From Gnetum montanum (lineage: Eukaryota; Plantae; Gnetophyta), in NCBI GenBank assembly GCA_015680685.1, contig MNCI01003467.1, forward strand, positions 186,001 to 250,000: a DNA stretch of 64,000 nt, given 5' to 3'. Of the stretch, positions 22,998 to 36,764 are shown piece after piece. The translations under genes were made by a program, and so were the position numbers. The notes beneath the pieces were generated by a model that searched no databases, was not told where the DNA came from, and saw only the letters and a list, made by a program, of their open reading frames with translations. Numbering within the stretch: the stretch's first letter is position 1; the number at the start of each line of letters is the position of its first letter.

Positions 22998-25900
22998 TCA
23001 ATCATGTAGTTGTTTCCTAATCTTAGAAAGATTAGGAAAAGTATAAGGTCTACGTTGCATGATCTTGTACTCCCCATTTCCCTCACTCATCATGTTGAAA
23101 GGAAGTTCTTCCCATAGGGCATCTATGGTCTTGTTATTCTTACTTTGTCCTAATTTTCTCTCTCAAGATTCTTCACTTTGGTTGTAATAGTGGAAGTTAC
23201 TTTCTAAAATTCCACTTTAGACCCTTCCTCTTTGTTCATGATGTTGACCACCATGGAAACAACACTTTTGCCATGAATAATGATCTTACCTTTTGCATAC
23301 GCTAGGTGAATTTCCTGGTGGATGGGTGAGAACATAGCTCACAATTAAGCAAGCCAAGGCCTTCATAGGATGAGGTTAAATCCTAGTGTCTCTTCCATTA
23401 CCAAGAAATTGATTATTGTGGGAAATTACTCCCCCACTATGAAGTCCAGGGAGATCAAGCCTTTGACTACAACTTCTAATCTGTTAAAGTATTTGAGAGT
23501 ATATGTAGAAGTATTTTTCATATTCTCCACTAGGCCTAACCATTTAACAATGGTATATGCTATGACATTAGTGGTCATCTTATCATCAAAGTGCAACTTA
23601 TGAACTGTATATTGCCCAATCCTAATAGTTATGAAGATAAGGGCCTTCATTGTCTCACCATCCTGGGGATTGATTTTGACCTCGCTCTCATGAAACACTA
23701 GTGTTGTTGACTTTGTTTTTTTTCTAGGTAAAGGTGGTACCATCATCACATGGATAGACTCTTCAGTTGCAAGGATGTCCTTGTTGACTAGAATTAAAGT
23801 CAACATTTTTACTAGGATGTCACGATGAGTAGTAGAAGTCATTACTAGATCATACATGCATAAAGAGGCATTCTTTTATTTCAAAGCTTGTTTCACCTAT
23901 TCCATGGCATTGAGGAAGTCTTTGTCATTAGCTTTTAGCTTCTCATTCTTATTGATTTTAACTTTCATCATGCATCCCAAGATGCAAACTTCATATTTTA
24001 ATTATTATGGTTTGGCCTCTTTCCCCTTCCCTTGTGATTTACGATGCTTCCTTCATTAACTAGTCGAAGTAGCCTGAGCATTAGAGATCATGGCAATGGA
24101 TGAGATAGCAGTGGGCTTTGGTGGATCCAACTCCTTCCATGCCTTGGCTTGCTTATTTTCCTTAGTTTTAGGCTTTAATGTAGACTTCTTTTGTTGTTTA
24201 GTTTGTGATTTCTTATTGTTGAACTACAAAAAATTTGTTGCATTAGGCACTACATGAGGACATTGTTTGGTTGTAGTGTGAGGCAACACTCCAATCAGAA
24301 AGGTTCCTTGGAAGGCATCTATGATGATATCCTTACAAAAAAGAAGTCCTCAAACTGGATGAAGTTGAAGGACCCCTTTCAATGTGATGAGGTATTAGAA
24401 TCACAAACGACTCCCATATAGCTCTTGGATTATGCTTATGTTGAATACCACTATTGTGTATGGTCTAGTTATTGCATTCAACATGTCTTGGTAGACCTAC
24501 ATCAATTAGATTTATGGCCTAACTAGGTTGGGAGGGATCAACCATTGGCATTCCATTTTCTATCATCCTCTACATGTCATCCTTTAAGGCTAGGTAGAAG
24601 TTAATATCATGAATAGGTAGCTAATGATAGTGATAAAATTATTTGAGTTTAGAATATTTAGATATATGGGATCATCCTTGATTTCTAGGGTGGGGTCCTT
24701 TGTGATCTCATATAATCAATCATGCCTTTTACAGAAATTCTCTATCAATTTTTTCTACTTGATCCAACCACGCCTAAGCAACTGATCTAGGAGTTCAAAT
24801 GGCTTTATGGACAATATGGTATACTTTGATCAATCTTTCCTCTCAAACTTAGGCCTTGTGTTGTTTACTGTAGAGACCCCAATTGTTGATGTTTGGTTAG
24901 TTGTGGTAGGGACTTTTGGTTGGCTTATTTTTGGCCCTTGCATGATCTTATTATCTTTGTCCATAGTGGCCATGGCTACATGGTTTTTTCTCCCTTTCTT
25001 CTTATCCTTCCATGTGTGTTTATGTTTATACATCCTATAGGTAGGATTGTGGTTAGTCTCAGAAGCATCTTCTATGTTCTTGGTCTACAAGAAGGCTTGG
25101 CTAAGTGACTATGGATATAGGTGATAGAGTTTAGACTTGATGAAGTCATTGAGCATCCACTTGGAGATGGCCACAAGGTGGATTTTGGCTATGGGTTTGG
25201 GAATCTCATTCAGAAGAGCATTCCACCTTTGGATGAATTTTTGAATAGGTTCAAGGAGCCTCTATTTTCTTTTCATCAGTTGGTCCAGGGTGGTATTTGG
25301 ATTCAAGTTTTACTTGAAATGGTTCACAAATTATGAAATCAAGTCTTTAAGTGAGGCTATAGATCCTTGGAGCAACATGCAGTACCAATCTATGGCCTTC
25401 CTAGTAAGAGACATAGGGAAGATTCTCATGATGAGGTATGGCTAGGATTGTAACAATGGGCACTCAAAATGGAAGGTGATAAGGTGAGTGTTGAGGTCAC
25501 CCTCATCATTGTACTTGATAAAATGAGGTATGGGAATTCCTAAAGGAAGAGTTATTTGTAGGGCTGTTGGACTAATAAAATCATCTTAATAAAAGTTCAT
25601 GATCTTGACTATATGCATAGTTGAGGCCTTGAGCTTTTGTAACTCTTCCATAAGGTCTTTGATCATTTGGAACACTTGATCCAAACCTTGAGGTAACTCA
25701 ACAGGTTGTGTGGTTTGAATGAATGCTTGTCAAGTAAGTTTATAGGGCTATGGCCTCATGATGGGCTATGGTAAGGACAAAAGGGGTTGGATTATCATGA
25801 TTGTAGATGGACCAAATAGTGAAGAAAACATTAGAATAGATATTTGAGGGAAAAAAGGGAAAAGTGGGATGTGTGATGCTTGGGTTACTTTTGGTCCCTC

Positions 25901-26559
25901 TATGGTACACATTGGTATGAAGCAAGGGTGTGCTATAGTCAAGGCCATAGGTGATGGCTCTGTAGATCAAGGCTACATGGAAAAATGTATAGAGGAGAAA
26001 AGGGAGGTTTATTAGGACATAGATTGTGCTTGATGGACTACTATGATAGGTTTTTGCCAAAACATAGTAGGGTAAATGGGACAAGAGGGTTGAGGAACTT
26101 ATCCTAACAATGAGGTAGGAGAGACTAAACTAGATGTACTGGCTTGGAGAGCCCATCATTGAAAAAGGCTTCCAATGAAATTATTAGGTTTAAGTTCAGC
26201 CTCAAACTCATCTTGTTCCTTGTGTTGGCTCTTCAAATTGGCTTCCTCACTTAAATCATCCATCTCAATCATTTGAGATAGTATGTATGTGTGAATATCA
26301 TTGAGTTGTATCTTGCCATGAGAGAAAGGAATGTACTCCTTTCCATTTCGATGAATCAACTCAAACTTGCATTTGGACTTAGCTTCTACATGTGTGATGA
26401 GTAGGGTAGCTTGGATTTTGGTTCATATGAAGTTGTACTACTCTTCATTTATGATAGTAAAATATGGGCTTTGGTCCTTAGCCTAAGCAATTTCCTACAA
26501 TCAGCCATAGTTGGGTCCTTTGGATCATACACCCTCACTGCATATTGGTTAAGGGCCAT
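22998..26559 (-). pseudogene. gag: Decayed Gag-protease of B
   Basis: ATG at 26559 (MALNQYAVRVYDPKDP), Gag core, zinc-knuckle remnant near 24600-24640, protease KLHFDDKMTTNVI..GFNLIL*RPWL, ending GEYKIMQ..IRKQLHD*. Confidence 0.9.
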
Positions 26560-27489
26560 ATTAGTTAAGTTGATGGGCAAAACTTTTGATTTTTTGAAAG
26601 GCATTGACAAGGTACTTAAGTGGAATTTTAATTAAAAATTTCAACAAGTGGAATTACCCAGTGTGTAAATGGTTTTGGCTATAAAACTAGTAAAAACTAC
26701 AACGATAGGTATAGTGTAAATGATTGTAGTAATGGTATGCACTACACTCGTACAAAAAGAAATTTCAAAATAGATTCGTTTAAAATTATCATTTTTGGAA
26801 GTGTGGGCTTGTACTACAACTTGTTATCAAAAAAGATTGGTATGAAAATGGAAAATGCAATTTTGAATATTTTTCGGTGGTTTTACCCCCACCTAACCTA
26901 CATTGGTAAAAATTACATTGGGTTTTGTAGTGAATGTTTTGATTTTAGCTTTGAAACAAAAAGATATGCTAGCTTTTCAATAAGGACTATGTCGAGGGCA
27001 GGATGGGCAAATTTTTTGGCCTTTTTTTGTTTTGTTTGAAAAGGTTTGGTATGTTTATCCCTATCGAAAAACTATGTTGGGGTTATGTAGTGATGGAAAT
27101 GAAATTAGTTGACCAAAACTATGCTAGTTAGTTTGGTAAAGAGGGAAAGATGTGTTGGTTTTTTCAAGAGACTTAACAGAAACGTTCATAGCAGAAAATG
27201 GGTGGTGAAAAGATGCATTGGTGTTTGGAAAACCCAAGCCCAAGTTTTAACACCCAAATATTGTAGGCTTTTTAAGAAACCATGCAAGCTTCCAAAAGTT
27301 TTACAACTACTATAAATTTCACAGCAACACCCAAACTAACTATAACAACCATGATAGATATTAGTTGTAAGAGGATGGATGACAATGTTGGTTTCTTCAC
27401 AAGTTTGAGTGATGATTTAAGACTTCAGACTTATAAAAGTTGGCTTGGAAAAAGGCATATCATATTAGGCAAAGATATTGGGAGAAGGT

Positions 27490-27505
27490 CCTCCTTCTAG
27501 CACTA
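27490..27505 (-). promoter_or_regulatory. Primer binding site, tRNA-Asn type (B)
   Basis: Minus strand tagtgctagaaggagg, adjacent to the 5' LTR. Confidence 0.8.
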
Positions 27506-27510
27506 GAAAT

Positions 27511-28821
27511 TGCTGCATCAAAAAAATTTGGTGCTAGAAAATCGATGATCTCCAATGGAAATAGTTTAACCTTGGATCCTAAGGGCCAATGAGAAAGAGG
27601 ATCCAAGGTATCTTGGATGGTCTTTTCAATCACCTATGGCCTTGAAAAGTATAAATGGTGTAATTAATTTTAACAAAGAATGTAGATCTAACCTAAGAAA
27701 AAGCACCATATATAAACTTGGAATAAAATTTCACAAAAAAATGAATTGACAATTTTCATTGAAATAATAAAAAAGTCACAAGAACAAAGTTCAAAGGTAT
27801 ACAAGTGTATGCCTAGATGCACAAGGAGTTGCCTGAGTGGTTCTTGAAGTTTGGTAAAACTAGTAGGTTATGTTCTACATTAGTTGCATGATTTAGGTGC
27901 TTCCAAGCTCCAAATTCTAAAACTCCTACTGTTTCTTTGGCTCAAATCTACTATGTTAGTTGTAAAATGATGTAATAGTTGCTTGAAGTTTTTGCTACAC
28001 TATAATGTTCTAAGAGTCTCTAATGCTCAATTGATTGCCTAGTTGCAAAAAAGTCTCAAAAATGCCCAAAGGTTCAAATTTCAAAGGTTGAAAAAGTTGA
28101 AGAGCTAAAGAACCACCTATTTAATGTGTTCAAATTTTACTTTTGTAGGTCATATAGTTGCTAATTTGGAGCTACAAATTTTTGCCATGATTTTTGACAT
28201 ATTGATGTAATTTTTAGGTGTGACAAGCCATCAATTCTAGCATAGTTTTTCATTTATGGTAAATTTGATGCACCAAGGCCATCAAAACTACGTTGAGTAC
28301 TATAAAATGTAAATAGACTTTGAAAACTACACTGGCTTCACCAAAACTACATTGGCCTTAGAAAACTACATTGGCTTCCTAGGAACCATGCTTGCCTTAC
28401 TAGAACCATGATGGCCTTATTGGAACCATGTTGGCCTCATGGAAACCATGTTGGCCTTGCTAGAACCACACTATCCTTGCTAGAAAAATGAAAACTTAGC
28501 AATTCCAACACTGGATGTAGGTGGTTCTAGCATAGTTTTGGCTATGACCAACAGAAAACCCATGAAACACCAAATTTGATAGTTCCCAAGGCATTTTCAG
28601 CCTTCCCAAACCAATATATAGACATGACATAACATTTTCCACCTAGGAAGTGAGCTATAGCAACTTATGAGGCATCTTTCAGCCTCAAAAAGTTGAAACA
28701 TGTAAGATTGTAGTTTATGAACTATAAACATTACATTTTACAATAAAATCTAGCCTTGAGTTTAATGGTGAAGGTTATAATGCCAAAAATTTGCAACATG
28801 AATTTTCTTGATGGTGTTTCA
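27511..28821 (-). repeat. 5' LTR of B
   Basis: Minus strand starts TGAAACACC and is collinear with 11229-12471. Confidence 0.9.
28322..28485. repeat. About eight 19-21 bp tandem repeats in the B 5' LTR (about five in the 3' LTR at 12040-12140)
   Basis: aaaactacattggcctta / gaaccatgttggcct units. Confidence 0.85.
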
Positions 28822-31224
28822 CCTATGTCTTTATTATGAAAAGCTCTTGATAGTACCACACAATACTAAGAGGTTCTATCTCCTCTCTTGATCACTTGAT
28901 AATCCAATTTGTCAACCACTTCAAATACAACCTAAAGCCTAATACAACTTTAGATCAACTCATGAAAATGAGGCAAGGGTTACTTAAACTAAATCAAAGG
29001 TTTATTTAGGAATGAAATGCAATACTTAACAAGATTTTGAAGTTCACATCTAAGATCCATTTGTTAGCCATTTTTAATGGGATGGTCAATGATTTTATCA
29101 AATTATAACTATACTACTTAGAAGCTCAGTTACTTAGTTAATCCTTTTCAAAAATTAAGAACATTGAGAAGCCAACAAAGCCAGCAACGATCTAGCCTAT
29201 GTTAACTACAAAATTCAATACACAAGGAGGGATAAGAATAAGAATAAGCCAATACAACCAACCATGGCCACAGGGGCAAAAGACTTGAAATAGACAAAAG
29301 GATCAAGGTCTCTATCATGCAACACATCTTCTAAGCCATCTTAACAATATACTTCATATGCTTCCAATAAGCCAAGACCTAACTTTGAGGGTGATGATAG
29401 ATCCAAGTATACAAAGTTGCCTATGAAACCTTCTAAGTTCCCAGTATACTTTTTTAAAGAAAATTCTATTCAACATAAGCAACTATCTAAGGAAGCTCAT
29501 AAGATAATTGACCATCTTTGTGAGATAGCTAGAGATCCAATGGTGGCAACCAAAGATGATACAAAACTACCAAAGTACTTCAATCTTGATAGATTTTATT
29601 ACCATCATCAATTGGCTACTTATGATGCTAACTTTTGCTTAGCCCTTAAATATGATATACAAAAGATGATTGATTAATAAGAGCTAATGTTAAATGAATC
29701 CAAATCTTCAAATGCTAACAATGACCTCTACACCATAGCCTCATTTATGACATCTACTCGATCTAGTTCTCCTAGAGAACTAATTTTCATCAAGGTACCC
29801 CCTTGGCCTTAAAGCCTAAAGCCTAGAGCCTAGAGCACCCTTCATTATATGAGTACCACCACCCATGACCCTTAAAGAGCCTTTTGTGGTACATGTTCCA
29901 TATTTAGTGTTAATAACAACATGATCCAAAAAAAGCATTACCAATTCCTCTAACACTATGAAACCATTTGTTATTAGCGTACCTCTATCATCCACAAGTA
30001 AACCTAAAACAAACTTTGAGCAATGCTCATCCATTGTGGCTAATAACTTAACACTATTACCACCAATTAACAAACAATTATTATCATAATAGTGAAGAAA
30101 ACAACCTATTTCTAGGCCATATACTAAGCAAGTTTACCCACTAAAACCTATACCAAGATTAGCTCTCCCCATAAACTCCATTTCCCAAATGGCATCAACT
30201 AGTCAACCAAGAGAAAATCACAAATAAAGTATGATCAAGGAGCCCAAGAAACAAATAGAAAAATATGAGCCAAAAATTCTAGGAATAATGGAAGAAATTA
30301 ATACTACTAAGGCTGAAAAATCACATGCCATTAAAAATAATTTTTTCATGATAATGGAAAATGGTCCCTGAGATAGAAGAACACATAATTGAACCTATAT
30401 GATGTAGTCATGACTTTCACAACTCATAGAGACACATTGGTTCAAATGTTGATCTCTATTCATGTGAACAAAGATATACCTACTACTAAATAATCCATTT
30501 ACTTTGTTATTGAACAAATCCTACTTAGAGAATACAAGCATCAAGTCATGCTCACCTTTCATGATACTAAAGTAAAGATTAATCCAAGAAATGGAAAAGT
30601 GGTATACGCTTCTCTCCTTATTACCACATGTGTTGGCAAGTATAAGGTTCATTGTGTTCATGTGGATGATAGTAAAGCAATGAACGTGATAATCTTTATC
30701 ATTGTTGAATGATTAGGCCTAACTAAGAACATCAAGGAGACCTCTACCTCCATGCTCAAGTCATTCAATGGATCATGAGTAGTGGTGCAAGGTTCTATCT
30801 CATTAGACTTTGTAGCTAGAGAGTAGTTTCCCACATTCACTAACTTCCAAGTGGTTGAGAAGACACATGGCTTCAACTTGATTCTAGGAAGGTCATGATT
30901 AGCTAAGCTTCAAGTAGTTTCATATTCCATATACTAGGAGAGTCATTTACCATATGAGGATGGTGAAAGTGCAATTCATGGGGATAACATATCCTTGTCA
31001 TCTATTACCAATATAAACATTGAATGAGGATCAAAAGTGAAGTTTCAAGATGAAGCTCTCAATACTCAAGTTGGAATCAACAATAATGTTAACAATGCCA
31101 ACTCTATAACATTAAATGATTAACAAGAACACCTACTACTTGTCATATTGAACAATAATAATAGTAAACATAGAAATGGGCTCCTTGATTTATTGAAAAT
31201 CAAACAACAAACTTACAATCAATA
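28822..31224 (+). pseudogene. gag: 3' part of D gag plus protease
   Basis: PMSLL*KALD.., FYYHHQLATYDANFCLALK knuckle, CVHVDDSKAMNVI, GFNLILGRS*L, ending LLKIKQQTYNQ*. Confidence 0.88.
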
Positions 31225-31347
31225 ACTAATCCCTTCTTTTCTCAATGACCATATATTTGTTTTTGTAACCTTATACCATTTTTCAACCTTCATTTTATTT
31301 TAGTACTCCTTTTTTTAAAATTATCCCATGCTTGCTAGATGAGTAGC

Positions 31348-31600
31348 ACCATGGCCTACCAAGGCCTAAAACTAGTAAACCACAACCTTCCAGAGCCTAA
31401 AACTACTAATACCATGTCCTCCCTGGGCCTAAAACTAGTGGTGCCATGGCCTACTAGGGCCTAAAACTAGTGAAATCATGGCCTTTTAGGGCCTAAAACT
31501 AGTGATACTATGGCTTACCAAGGCCTAAAACTAGTGATACCATGGCCTACCAAGGAATAAAACTAGTAAATCATGGCTTTCTAGTGCCTAAAATTGGTAA
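31348..31600 (+). repeat. About eight 31 bp tandem repeats (D)
   Basis: catggcctaccaaggcctaaaactagtgatac. Confidence 0.92.
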
Positions 31601-31999
31601 ATTTGTGGCCTATCTTTCTTTCCCTTTGCATACACATGATGAAAAATTTTTATTTTTACAATTATGTCATGTTTTATTATTTTCATCTTATTACATTACA
31701 TTATCAAATTTTACTTTATAACCTTGTCTTTTGCAATTGTTTTAACTTGTATCCTAAATCTACTATCTATATAAAAATATAAAACATAAAAAAATAATTA
31801 AAAGTCTATAACCAAGGAGTAGTGTTAAGTTAATCAACATATAATACATGAATGTCAAACATGGCTAGATAGTCCATGATCATAGCAATAGTTAGACGAT
31901 GTAATACAAAGAGGTGATACATATTCTCTAAAGCCATAGATATAGCAATAATCCAATAGCCATAATACAACCAAGATGACATCATCAACACTTATAGCT

Positions 32000-32063
32000 T
32001 AGAAAAAGCCATAGAATGAGAAGGAGAAGTGTTGCTAGAGCCATCGTTCTCATCACTAGGATC
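32000..32063 (-). pseudogene. Isolated last exon of the antisense gene (copy D)
   Basis: Minus-strand tttacag acceptor then DPSDENDGSSNTSP. Same position and similar sequence to the last exons of B and C. Confidence 0.55.
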
Positions 32064-33279
32064 CTGTAAATAAGTAGAACATTGAATCATGAGAACAAAT
32101 ATTAACATGACTAGGATTACAATGTAGCCAAGCTTGCAAACATGACTATGATTACACTAGATCAAAATTGAGCCATCATGAAATCAACTTTGAATGGATT
32201 TGACATTTTTTCAAACAATAGACATGAAAAACATAATCTAACATTTTATAAGACATGGTTAGACATTATATCAAATAGTTGATATACAAAGTATAGGCAA
32301 GAATTTTAATGAATAGTTGACATGAAACTGGGTTTTCTACCAAAACATTTGGCCATAACCAAACACACTGAGGCTTAAGGAGGTTAAAGATACCAATAAT
32401 ACTAATTTAAGAACTAGGAAAATTAAAATGCTGGAAATGAGGGGAGGATAAGGTACAAAATGTTGAAATTTCCTTGATCTTGAGGTTTATATGTTGTCAT
32501 TCCTTTCTCACAAAAATTTCAAAATGCCTAATACACTACTTTCCCAGGCAAGGAAGGGTAAAAATGTTGCTCTTCTAAGTCACAAAATGAAACACACTAT
32601 CATGCCAAGCATCAAGAATCAAAAATACTACCAAAATTCATGAAGGAAAAACCTATAACCCTGCAGAAAACTAGGAAAATGTCAAAAACACTAGTTCCAT
32701 GGATGAAAAAAATTTATAATATTAACTACAAGTCATAAACATTGAAAGAACTATCCATCAAGCCAAATTTAACTACAACACTACATATTCAATTACAAAG
32801 AAAAACCCTCAAATTTGCTAAAAATTGAATAGAAAAGCCTACTTCATAGTTCATTGGGCATGAGAAACCCTAGGAACACTATAAGAAAAATTCACAACAC
32901 TACCACATGTAGGCAAAAGGCCAAGAATGCTACATATTTTGGAAAAAAAACACCATAAAAGCTATTTTTTGGTCTATGAAAAACCCTAATTTACCATCAT
33001 ATGACCCCAGAAAAACATGTAAAAAATACATTAGAGGTCTAAAATCCTTCCATGTTGCCTCTCTTAGTCCCAAAGGTCAAGGACGCTAACATGGAGTGGA
33101 AAAAATTCCAACACTATACATGTAGCTAATAAAGCTAATAAATCCATATTGACACTATAAAAAGCTAATAAATCTAAATCTCATTCTTATAGCTATTAAA
33201 AATATCCAAAATTTCTATTTTTATTCTTACATGCTGAGCACAAGAAATTTAAAAATTTAATTTTCTTCAAATACATTAT

Positions 33280-33710
33280 GGGAATGAAATAGATCAAATA
33301 CATTGCTAGAATTAAAGTAAAAATGAAATTGACTCAAATATGCTACTAGAATGAAATTAAAAATGAAATTGACTCAAATAAGCTGCTAGAATGAAATTGA
33401 TCCAATACATTGCCTTTTGGTATGAAATTACCTCCCATAGCCTAAAATATTGTCCATTCTATTCTAGTATGTTGATAAATAAGTTCCACAACTCTAGATC
33501 CCAAATACTATGTATTAAAAACACTGGAATTGTGAAATTCATAGCTAATTTGATCCTAAAGACACTAGGACAATAAAATCATAGCTTATTGAATCCAAAA
33601 ATGCTAGGATAGTGAAAATTATAACTTATTTAACCCTAAAAATTCTGGGAAAATGAAATTCATAGCTTATTTAATCCTAGAAACATTGGAACAATAAAAT
33701 TCATAACTGA
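33280..33710 (+). repeat. Tandem ~40 bp repeats (D)
   Basis: aaattcatagcttatttratcctaaaaacactaggacaat and aaattgactcaaata.gctrctagaatg units. Confidence 0.8.
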
Positions 33711-35822
33711 GGATAATCTCAACAAAGATAAGATAATATAGTAAAGAGGGTAGCCTCAACAAATTAAATGGTATACATAAGCATAGGCCGTAGGAATGTT
33801 AGATGAAGTTCAATAGTGATTCCAATGACCCCTAAGGTAATAATAGTACTAGTAATAACATATAAACCAAATAAAGAAGAATGGAATGGAACTATGCCTA
33901 CTATGATTACAATGAATTTCACATGTATAAAATGATCCCTACCTTACTAGGGTTACTCCAGGGTTGTTCCCTAGCTAAAACCCATAAGCGAATGGAACAA
34001 ATGGAACAAATTGAGTATAAGATAATATTGGATCCTAAAAATGCTAGACAAATAAAGTTGAGAATGAAATAAGCTCAAACATGCTAACAAGATAGAAATT
34101 ATGGTCAACATGCTATCTAGAATAGCCAAACATGTTGTCAACCTAGCCCAAGCTACTCACACACTATCATAGTTGCATAAAAATGTTGACAAAGAGAAAT
34201 TACACTATTTTCATAGCTTATTTGATCTTTAAAGTCATAATTTTATAAATGTTTGGCTGTTTTTATTGAATTGTTACTTGATTTGACCATATAATAACCA
34301 TTATAAATAATTAATATCATTTATTACATGATTTTACTTTGTTTTGACCTTTTTTGACCAATATATCATGCAGATGTTACTTGATGTGCCTTTTTGACAT
34401 GTAGGATTAAGCTATGAATGTTTAGGCATAATCCAACTAACCTTTGAGCCTAGGAAGATCCTTCTGGTGATGTCAATCAATCAAATGATCTTAAATACTT
34501 AAACCTTAAGCCTAAAATCCTTCTGACGATATAGCCTTAATATATTGTAATGGCTTGATTGCTATTAACCTTAAGGCTAGGAACATCATAGAAAATTTCC
34601 TAGTGGAATTTCCCATTTCAATCCACAATGATGAGGAGAAAACCCTAAAACCAAGTTCCTCACTAGAACCTTAGTTTTTTCAAGACATCACCAAATCCCT
34701 ACAATGAAACATAAATGCCTTCATATGGTCCTTATTGCATCTAATGTTGACATATTTTATTTTAGTAATGTAAGCCTTTGTTTATAGATTGAAATGAATA
34801 TGAAGCCTTGATGGATCTTGTAACCTATAACAAGTGAGCCTACATGACATTTTTTTCTTCTTGGCCTCAAATACTACAAACTTTATATAAATCTTGCAAA
34901 GTTCTCTAGTTCTACCAATTGGAACTCATGATGAATCATATTTACTTGTACCCTCTTGAAATCTCTAGGTTCTTTGACTTGTTTTCTTATTATCTCTGAG
35001 TTGTGTTTGTAGGGTAAGCCTAGAGTCATCGTAGAGGTGTGACTCATCATAGCAATGAGTGACCACACAACCTAAATACATGAGATTTAACTAGCTTGTT
35101 TGATGATGCCAAAAGTGCTTACCCCATATCATTTTTGGTAAGCTTTCATAGCTATAGTCATATACCAATTTTAGCATTAACATGCTAATGATAAAAGCAT
35201 ATGTTTGACATTTATGCATCATGGCCATGTGGCATATCCTATAGTTAAATCAGTTCACTAAATTGTCAAACATTTCATTTAGTTAGAAAATAAAAATCCA
35301 ACCTTGGTGACAAAACCTTAAGAATGTTTCCCTTCCATAAAACAAAAATGGAGAGATTCCAAAAAATCCAAGAGGCTAATGTAGCCTAAACTTAAATAAA
35401 TAAATGGCTCAGAAGAAAAGTGAAAAATGAAAATGAGTCAAGTGGCCAAAAAAACCTATAAAAAACCACTATTTTATCCATATCCAAGTACACATAGCTA
35501 GTTAATCAAGCATAAAGCATGAAGACCTCATCAACAAATAATTACATCACTATGTCATGGCCATGATGTCAAGACAATTGAAGTTCTTCACTAGCTTGTT
35601 TGACCATTCTCTAATGGCCAATGTAGCCATTATCTCACTCCAGATTTGCACCTTTCCATGTTAACCGTACTTCACCATCATGAACACTCTTTGGTATGAT
35701 TCAACAACTACAAAATTAAATGTAAAGATATAAGTGTTCATGATGAATCTATGGCAACATTTCACACTCTTTTTTGATGTCTTTCAAGTTAATCCTCAAA
35801 AAAATCAATAAAGAGAAGCTAG

Positions 35823-36764
35823 TAAAACACCTTAAAGAAAATTCATGATGTAAACAAGAAGCCTTGTAGCAAGATTTGGCCATGTAATTTTGATTGGATT
35901 CAAGAGCAAACACAAATGCCTTAATTTCCCTTCAAAAATACACTTTTTGATCCTATTTTATCAAAATATTTGAACATTTTCACTTTGTAAATGAATTCAT
36001 GATATAAAATGTCAAATATATTATGAATTACATCAAAGTAGCATATTTGAGCTTGCAATTATCAAATATACTATCAAAAATATTACAATTAAATTCAAGG
36101 TAAAAAAACATTTGTGACAAAAACATTGCATCTTTGAACCATAAAAATGGTCAAAAATGTTGTGTCACTAGTCGAGAAGCCTATCAAAGTCCAAATAATG
36201 GAGAAATAGCAAATTGTGACCTATTTAAGTAGAATTTAGCATCAATTTTAGAACATTTGTTAGACCTATCTTTGGCAAGTAGACCCTTTTAGTAGGAGAA
36301 TAGAGAAAACTCATTATAGTTACATTGGGAAGGAAATCTAGCATACCAAACATATTTGAGAGGACTATAAGACACATACCACTTGTTCATAAGCCATATT
36401 CTTAGCACCATTTTCATAGAGATATGTGGAATATTCACAATTCTACACTATACTCTCTCATCATTGTACTTGGTAGCATTAAATAAAAAATTTGTAGTTG
36501 CTTTGGCTACATCTTTTTACTATTACTTTTAACTTTATATTACAATTCTCATAGATCTAGCATTGAATCTTTTGTTTCTTCATTTTCTTGTCTGTTATTG
36601 CTTGTTTTTATTTATTTCATTTGGTAACAAACTTTCAAGTCCTCAAGTGATCAACAAGACTACATAAGGTACCTTAGATCCTTTTCAAGACCTATGGATC
36701 TTGACATAAAAATATTCCACATAGATTCTTTCAATTTCTATCATTAATTTTTTTTATGATTACA
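35823..36764 (+). repeat. 3' LTR of D
   Basis: Follows PPT aaagagaagct, starts t(g>a)aaacacc, ends attaCA, matches 8210-9153. Confidence 0.9.

Larger units (their letters stand above)
11229..28821 (-). mobile_element. Element B: structurally complete ~17.6 kb RT-less LTR element with the antisense multi-exon gene
   Basis: Exact TSD CCTAT at 11224-11228 and 28822-28826, two LTRs, PBS, PPT and gag-PR. No RT, RNase H or integrase motif seen between the LTRs. Confidence 0.92.
8210..36764 (+). mobile_element. Element D: two-LTR, RT-less element (~11 kb without nested B)
   Basis: LTR pair 8210-9153 and 35823-36764, PBS 9160-9175, PPT ~35810-35820 and gag-PR. C gag continues on both sides. TSD is only imperfect (cacct versus t-tccct). 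Confidence 0.85.
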
